From: Eledone cirrhosa
Taxonomy: Eukaryota
NCBI GenBank assembly: GCA_964016885.1
Contig: OZ024742.1
Span: 54,312,001 to 54,376,000, forward strand
DNA: 64,000 nt
Direction: 5' to 3'
The position numbers and the translations under genes are program-made. The notes beneath the pieces were generated by a model. That model was not told the DNA's origin, searched no databases, and saw only the letters and a list, made by a program, of their open reading frames with translations. This document shows, one piece after another, positions 55,801 through 64,000 of the stretch (position 1 is its first letter; each line of letters opens with the position of its first letter).

Positions 55801-56622
55801 TCCTGATGATTTCTAACGAGAATGAAACGCGTAGATTACTTCCCTTGCTTTTATCGAGAATCTAATTGTAATACGTGACGTATTCTATTCTATAGCGATT
55901 AGGTCTTCAAAATGTTTATTATAAACATACAGAATATTTTCGAATATTCTATGTCTATATTCACATATATATCGCTATTTCAGAGCATTTATTCCAATTT
56001 CTAATTTCTGCCGGACCGGCAACCGCTCTTTCAAACCAGTTCCTGTACACAGCTAAGTATTCTATAAGTCTCTAGCTGTGTCATTCTCGATAAAAGCACT
56101 GGATATGTAGTCCTGATGATTTCTAACGAGAATGAAACGCGTAGATTACTTCCCTTGCTTTTATCGAGAATCTAATTGTAATACGTGACGTATTCTATTC
56201 TATAGCGATTAGGTCTTCAAAATGTTTATTATAAACATACAGAATATTTTCGAATATTCTATGTCTATATTCACATATATATCGCTATTTCAGAGCATTT
56301 ATTCCAATTTCTAATTTCTGCCGGACCGGCAACCGCTCTTTCAAACCAGTTCCTGTACACAGCTAAGTATTCTATAAGTCTCTAGCTGTGTCATTCTCGA
56401 TAAAAGCACTGGATATGTAGTCCTGATGATTTCTAACGAGAATGAAACGCGTAGATTACTTCCCTTGCTTTTATCGAGAATCTAATTGTAATACGTGACG
56501 TATTCTATTCTATAGCGATTAGGTCTTCAAAATGTTTATTATAAACATACAGAATATTTTCGAATATTCTATGTCTATATTCACATATATATCGCTATTT
56601 CAGAGCATTTATTCCAATTTCT
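52891..56622 (+). repeat. 310-bp hammerhead-bearing tandem array, right arm (12 units + 12 bp), reverse complement of left arm
   Basis: ATTCCAATTT recurs every 310 bp from 52891 to 56611. Confidence 0.97.
53317..53359 (+). ncRNA. Type I hammerhead ribozyme motif (representative; one per 310-bp unit, 19 in total)
   Basis: GTAGTC-CTGATGA-tTTCTaacgAGAAt-GAAAC-GC-GTA-GATTAC. Stem I is 6 bp, stem II is 4 bp, stem III is the palindrome ACGCGT, and cleavage is predicted after GUA. Confidence 0.88.
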
Positions 56623-56687
56623 TATATATATATATATATATAAAAATAAAGATCCGAAGGCAAGGTATAAATTTCCAATCATTTTAA

Positions 56688-56764
56688 TCGCGACATATGT
56701 TTCAATAAGAGATAGATCGATCGTGTAGCCATGATCGATTATCACTGATCTCGTCGTCAGGTGA
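56688..56764 (-). ncRNA. Type I hammerhead motif, unrelated family
   Basis: TCAC-CTGACGA-..GATAATCGATCATGgctaCACGATCGATCTATC..-GAAAC-ATAT-GTC-GCGA, with one stem I mismatch. Confidence 0.6.
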
Positions 56765-57625
56765 AAATGAATTGCCTTCAAATCCTTGATATGGGGAGAA
56801 AATTACCTATGTTTAGTCACAGAGTTTATTCCCTCATATGAAGATCAAGCAGTCAAAACACGGCGACTGCTATCGTCTTCAGTTGGGGTCATAAAACTCT
56901 CAAGTCTCTATCTCTCAATAGCTGTAAAAGACACTGGACATCAAATCTGTAGAATTAGAGTCGGTCACAGTTAATGTGAGTGGGTACACACACACCGACG
57001 CGAGGTCAAAGAAAAAATATAAATGTACCAACATAGTATTCACCGAAAGTTAGTTTACAAAACAACAAATGTTATATTGGTCAAATCTCAATTTGGCGAT
57101 GTATATTTGAAAAATTGGGTCAACCGCAACCCTATACACACGCAAGTAAGTTCAGTTCAATGTTCTGCTATACGTGTTTAGATTGAATTGTAACATCAGT
57201 ATCTCCAAATAGTGTATGTTTTGGTATATACACATCCGTATCGTCAACAAAAGTGTATGTTTTGGTATATACACATCCATGTGAAGAGCAAGTAGTCAGC
57301 TCATATCGAACTCAGTATGTGCCGTTGTCCCATTGAGAATCTGAGTCCCCAAATCTGTGCATGGAAGCAACCGCTATGTAGGCCACCAAGGGGCTCTGTG
57401 CAGGGTTGGGTATTTGGGTTAAGGTAAAAGTATGTGCGTTTTCCCGTCATATGGGCCCTTGGGCTTTTAAGATAGGGTTTTGAGTGGTGGAGGTGTGTTA
57501 CCCAACACAAAAATAAAAATAAAAATAAAATAAAATAAAATAACAAAGAATAGCAACAGATAATATTGGTAACAAAAAATTATTGGACCGTATGACAAAA
57601 CCAATAATACACCTTACTATATAAC

Positions 57626-57668
<43 letters not shown>

Positions 57669-57675
57669 CTATATA

Positions 57676-58269
57676 TGGCCACTATTTCAGTTTTGTATGG
57701 CATCTTAACATATTGTTTAGCTCTAGGGTTTTTTTTAACTATGGAGCGTTTGCCACCATTATTTCTGATTTTTGCCTTTAGTTTCGTTTCGTTTCGTTTC
57801 GCCCTTTCTACCCGCCGAAATGCGATTCTCGCTAAATCTATATATCCCGAGTTTTACAATTAACTTGTTAATAATTTTTATTGATAGGTTAATTGCATAA
57901 GTTTATTTTAAAAACTACCCGGTCGAGAGCTTATTCGATTCGTGCTATTTATGCAATTTTTTGAATGGTATACACATACTGAATTCATTTGATTTAGGTG
58001 TCATAGAAACCCTGCATTTGGATTTTAACATCAATTCCAATGGGTTCAGGTCTGTGTTTCTTTATATCATTTATTTTGTTTTGATCTGTTTAGCTTGATT
58101 TGCTTTTTGGCTTAGGTTGTTGATGCTTTCGTGACCCCTATATCAGTTTTGTATGGCGTCTTAACATATTGTTTAGCTCTGGTATTTTAACTATGGAGCG
58201 CTTGCTAGCATTATTTCAGATTTTTGCGTTTCGTTTCGCCTTTTCTACCCGCCGAAATGCGATTCTAGC

Positions 58270-58275
<6 letters not shown>
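57676..58275. repeat. Repeat family B, partial tandem
   Basis: Similar to 15950-16795. Its start segment recurs at about 58135-58275. Confidence 0.75.
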
Positions 58276-58361
<86 letters not shown>

Positions 58362-58366
58362 TATAT

Positions 58367-58422
<56 letters not shown>

Positions 58423-58599
58423 TTATATATAGTAATAATAATAAATTTGAAGACTAAAATCCAAAGAGGGCTGGATAAGGATAAATATATATCAAATATA
58501 TGAGTTTCAGAAGATCCCGTTAAGGGTGAAAGCAGCGATTCTTTGCTTAAACTTTAATCTGTTATTTTAATAAATATATATATATATATATATATATCA

Positions 58600-59819
58600 A
58601 AATCATGTCTTTAGAATCATCAGATATTAAAATATATACTATTTCTTCTTCTAATTAGCATAATTAACCATATAAAAAATCAATTAGAACAAGCTATAGG
58701 AATAAACGCTCTTCTGGAGAAATCTCGAACAAATAACCGAACGTAGCCTCTTCGCGGCGGCCTCAATCGAGTATTTATCCAACATTTCGACAGCATGTAG
58801 AAACTGACTAAATATACCATCAACCATACACAATTAGGTGTAAAATTAAACTTAAAAGAAATGTGCACATAGCGTAATTATATCTCTACCATGGTTTCTT
58901 CCTTATTTTTAGACATCCAAATAATAGGAATTCCTGAGTTAGGATTCATCAGGAGACAAACTCAAAATCAGACATCTAGTTTTTCAATCCGATCCCGCCA
59001 AAAATAGATTCAAAAATGTCTAAGAATCACTATGTGGCTTTGGTCAAGCCAGAGAGAAAGAATGTGATTGGTTGCTTACGGCGGGTAGGCTTGCTGCTAG
59101 AAAGCGCAGCCAAATATCGCCAAATTTAATCTCAACCTATTGGGAGATTATTAAATATAAAGGTTAACATATACATAAAGTTATAGATATATACATGTTG
59201 CAACTGGTCACTTTTAAGCTCTATGAAGAATTAATAAATTAAAAAATCAGAGCAATATATCATAAATCATGTCTTTAGAATCATCAGATATTAAAATATA
59301 TACTATTTCTTCTTCTAATTAGCATAATAAACCATATAAAAAATCAATTAGAACAAGCTATAAGAATAAACGCTCTTATGGAGAAATCTCCGACAAATAA
59401 CCGAACGTAGCCTCTTCGCGGCGGCCTCAATCGAGTATTTATCCAACATTTCGACAGCATGTAGAAACTGACTAAATATACCATCAACCATACACAATTA
59501 GGTGTAAAATTAAACTTAGAAGAAATGCGCACATACCGTAATTATATCTCTACCATGGTTTCTTCCTTATTTTTAGACATCCAAATAATAGGAATGTCCT
59601 GAGTTAGGATTCACCAGGAGACAAACTCAAAATCAGACATCTAGTTTTTCAATCCGATCCCGCCAAAAATAGATTCAAAAATGTCTAAGAATCACTATGT
59701 GGCTTTGGTCAAGCCAGAGAGAAAGAATGTGATTGGTTGCTTACGGCGAGTAGGCTTGCTGCTAGAAAGCGCAGCCAAATATCGCCAAATTTAATCTTAA
59801 CCTATTGGGAGATTATTAA
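58600..59819 (-). repeat. Family C tandem (~664-bp period, ~1.8 copies) with hammerhead motifs at 58881-58958 and 59545-59623
   Basis: Direct duplication. The second core is mutated to CTGGTGA. Confidence 0.85.
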
Positions 59820-59843
59820 CCTTATTAACTGTATATGTTAACC

Positions 59844-59910
<67 letters not shown>

Positions 59911-60414
59911 CGTTTCTGAATTTGTTTAGCAAGATTCTTTATCTGAAAACGTGTGTTCAAACCGATATTGTTATGCTTTGTGGAGCCAACCAACCAACCG
60001 GAAATTTATATATATATATATATATAATATAGATAGAGCAAAATATGTACGCATGCATATTATAATTATACAAACTTCAACAGTGATTATTACCTACATA
60101 AAAAACGTGAACAATGAGTATGAATGTCATACATAGAGAATGTAAATTGCATATAGTAAGATATGGCTCTTAACTACGGCAGAGAAATAACTTTATTATT
60201 CATTATGGAATAAAAAATAAATCTTTAACATAACCATAGCATTTACTACCTATTATGAATGAGAAAAAAGAAAAATATCTCTGTTATTAGCATTACAACA
60301 ATCCCCATTGCAACAATCAGCTACTAATTGCTTTGCCCAATGCAATAGGGGATATGGAGCAAGATGATTAATATAATTAGAGACTCAAGTTATATATATG
60401 AAGAGACATTTTAC

Positions 60415-60516
<102 letters not shown>

Positions 60517-61453
60517 TGTTATATATATATATATAAGTTAAAACAATGAAATAAAAATTCAAGTAATTAGGAATATACTTCGCTGCTTTACGATCGTTTC
60601 TAGGCGATAATAATACATCGTACGCATATTTCGTTATCGATCTATGTAAGGTTAGTTACAAAATATCAAATAAGGAATATATTTACCTACGTGTATATCG
60701 TCAGCCGTTGTCAAAAGCTATGAAAATTTTATTCAAAATCAATAGTAAATTGAATTCTATGACCTTATTTGGAGGTAGCTGAAGAACAAACCAATCAAAT
60801 GATGTTTTGCGCTATGATGTTAAGACGAAATATAACTCATTTTGGTTGAGGTCATGACCCTTTGAAAGGAATGGTTGAATGGTGTTAAAAATAGAATTAC
60901 TATGAAGAACCTATGAAGAAAAGGTATTGTTGTATTGATAGTGGAATGTAGATGGTGGAGTGAAGTTTAAAAGGGATGTTAAAATTATATGTTGAGTTGC
61001 GTTGTATGGAGTTTTTAGGTTAATATAAATAAATAAATATAAAATATACGGAAATAACTACGATAAATATAGATAAGTAAAGTAATGGTCATAACTAGGA
61101 AGGATAGTATATTAAAAGATGAAAATTATAATAAGATAATAAAATACAATAATATAATAATATAATATAATATAATATAATATAGTGCATTATGGTACAT
61201 TGTATACAGTATAGTATAGCATATGATGTATCATAAAATATAAAATAGTAAATATTTTCAAGGGGGTCTATGTATAAATAATCAATCCCAGATAAATCCA
61301 TGTTGACATATAGCAAAAACGCATAATTTTCCTAGATCACAAAGGTACATATACTCACATATATAGATAGAGGTATAATTACATAGATACTCCATTAAAT
61401 AAATACATACGCATACATATATATATATACATATACATATACATACATACACC

Positions 61454-61524
<71 letters not shown>

Positions 61525-61528
<4 letters not shown>

Positions 61529-64000
61529 AAAAAGATGAAATAGAAAATGCAACTGGAGTCTTATTTAAAAAAATATATATATATTTATTTGGTTCCTTTA
61601 CCGGTTTCGCAGTTCTTCTGCTTTTCAAAAGTAGAGTTGAGATGGAGGATCTGTGGTTTTTCTCACATCTGGTTGGTCTCTGAATGTTACTTGTTTTCTA
61701 TTGAAAAAGTGGCTCGAAATGCCAGGTTTTTCGAGAAGTAATTTGATTGTTTGGTCAATAATTATAATAAATTTCGCGCCAGTTCGCGTTACAAAGTTCT
61801 TCAAACAAGGGGTGGGGGGTCACAGGTTGTTTTTTCATATATGAGTGTTTGAATTTCTTTTTACTTAAAAAAGGGGCTCACGAATGCTTTTTTTAAATAA
61901 ACGTAATTTGATTGGTTATAAATGAAATTATGGCTGTCACGTGTACAAGTTTTCATTACATTTTCGCGCCCTTATTTGGAAATCCATTCTGTAGCCTTTT
62001 TAGAGGATTTTATGATAAGTAAAAGATAATGGTCAAGAGAAATGGGATAGGAGAATTGTTCTGGTTTTGTGAATATGGTTAGTTCGCTGGGGGAGTCAGA
62101 ATTCAGATTTTCTATTGAATAAAGAAAGTAGAGATATGTATGTTTATTTGTTTGCTTGTGTGTGTGTGCGTGTGTGTGGGTGTGTGTGTGTGTTGTGTGT
62201 GTTTGAATTTCTTTTTACTTAAAAAAGGGGCTCACGAAGGCTTTTTTTTAATAAACGTAATTTGATTGGTTATAAATCAAATTATGGCTGTCAGGTGAAC
62301 AAGTTTTCATTAAATTTTCGCGCCTATATTTGGGAATGTGTGTATGTGTGTATTGGAAGATGATTCTATTAGTAGAAATGGGTGAGGGAGTTGTGTGTGA
62401 GTGTGTATATGGGTGTTATGTGTGTGTGTGTGGGTGTATGTTAAGATGGAGAGAATATATATTTTGTGTGTGTGTATATATGTGTGTAGGAAAGTGATTC
62501 TATTAGTAGAAATGGAGGAGTGGAGTTGTGTGTGGGGTGGGGGTTGTTATGTGTGTGTATGGGTGTTATGTGTGTAGGAGTATTGTTAGCATATTAAGAT
62601 GAAGAGAATATATATATATTGTGTGTGTGTGTGTGTGTAGGAACATGATTACTTTAGTAGGAATATTTTGAATGAACATATTTTCCTTACTTATTCGTAT
62701 TTGTTCTGTTGTATGGTCAGTGCAAACGTATGTTAAGGTTTATTTAGTTCGGGTTTTTATTTTCTAAAGTAGAAGGTATTATGTGTGCTGTATGTGTCTG
62801 TTTGGATGGTTAGCATGTTATGGTGTTGACATAATGTATATTAAACCATATTTAATGCTGTTCCATATTTTTAAATAAACATATTTTCCTTATTTATTCG
62901 TATTTGTTCTGTTGTATTGTTAGCGCAAAGGTAAAATGGGAAGACCTGGAATTTGGGTGTCTTATTACTTGCGCATATGTCTAGATGTGCGCTTAGTAGT
63001 ATCTGTCTCGTGGTTGGATCTCGTAAGTTTTGGCGATGAACTGACATTCTGTTTCTGAGTGTGAGTTTAGTTTATCCTTCATTGCATCCTTTACATTTAA
63101 TGGCATAAACTAGATTTTTTGATGAGCAAGTGAAGAGATTGTTTACAGTAAAATTTTGTCCTGATTTAAATGTATACGTGTTGCCTTCAATGAGGTGAGT
63201 GCAGGTTCCACAATTAGAGCGACCACATTTTTTGACACTTGGTTGTGGATTTGTGGTAGGTAATTTGGAATTGATGAGTAATGTTTTCAGTGATTTCGGT
63301 TGTCTTTTGCTTTTGATTATTTTGTGTGACCTTAAATTAAGACCAATTGTAGCGGGCCCACAATGTGAAACACACAGACTGAGCAACTTTATAGACATAC
63401 TACTAAAGCCAATTCTCAAACACATACCAAGCCTTGTAAGAGACGATCTAAACCTCTTAAACCACCTCTCCCAAAATGTCAACAACGACACTATTATTAT
63501 CTCTTTTGATGGAGTGAATCTCTACACAACGATCCCACACCAATACGGACTAGAAGCAATAGGTTTCTGGCTACAGAAATATCCCAATGAGATACCTGAC
63601 AGAATAGAAAAAAGCTTCATCTCCGAGGGATTAAAATCCATCTTACAGAACAACTTTTTTGATTTCGATGGCAGTACTTACAAGCAAATATCGGGGACTG
63701 CGATGGGTACAAAAGCCGCTCCAACTTATGCCAACTTAGTCATGGCATACTTAGAAGTCCAGATATATGAACAGTCCAAATCAAAATACGGATTGAACTT
63801 CCACAAATATTTATCAGAGAATTGGAAACGCTGATTGTCTCATTCTTTGGTCCCACACACTCGACCAACTGAAGGATTTCAAAAACTTAATAAACGACAT
63901 CAATAACCACATCCAATTCACAATGGAATACAGCCAAGATCAACTCCCATTTCTGGACATCTTAAGCTTAAAAAAGACACAAATATTGAAACTGACATAC
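61525..64000 (-). mobile_element. Penelope-like element, same family as 28680-34302, with internal inversion at 63328
   Basis: The pLTR and GIY-YIG part is on - (KCGRSNCGTC..NLVYAIKCKGC). The RT part from DLKLRPIVAGP is on + and runs off the window. Confidence 0.92.

Noticed and set aside
50701-56622. CRISPR array or rDNA/tRNA gene cluster
   Set aside because: Units are wholly identical with no spacers and show no 5S, tRNA or snRNA similarity that I can recognise. The context is eukaryotic.
57211-57278. 27-bp local direct duplication
   Set aside because: Ordinary slippage-type duplication with no further structure.
63199-63834. 211-aa ORF as a novel fusion protein
   Set aside because: Chance in-frame join of antisense and sense Penelope sequence at an inversion junction.

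Overview
Eukaryotic, AT-rich, microsatellite-dense DNA with no recognisable host gene. SINE-like fragments suggest an octopus or related cephalopod, but this is an inference. The window is a mosaic of mobile elements, most of them sitting in (TA)n tracts: a non-coding LTR element with a tRNA-Trp primer-binding site, several Penelope-like (RT + GIY-YIG) copies, a decayed RepHel Helitron plus non-autonomous Helitrons, an RTE LINE with a twin-priming inversion, a CR1-like 3' end and three Tc1/mariner relics. The standout is 50701-56622: about 19 essentially identical 310-bp units, each carrying a type I hammerhead ribozyme motif inside a highly self-complementary monomer, arranged as 7 units on one strand fused to 12 units on the other. 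This fits a retrozyme-like circular RNA reverse-transcribed by rolling circle from both ends of a (TA)n break. About eight further unrelated hammerhead-like motif families and a series of fold-back palindromes built on hammerhead halves are scattered through the window. All comparisons were made by eye; element boundaries are approximate unless termini are stated.
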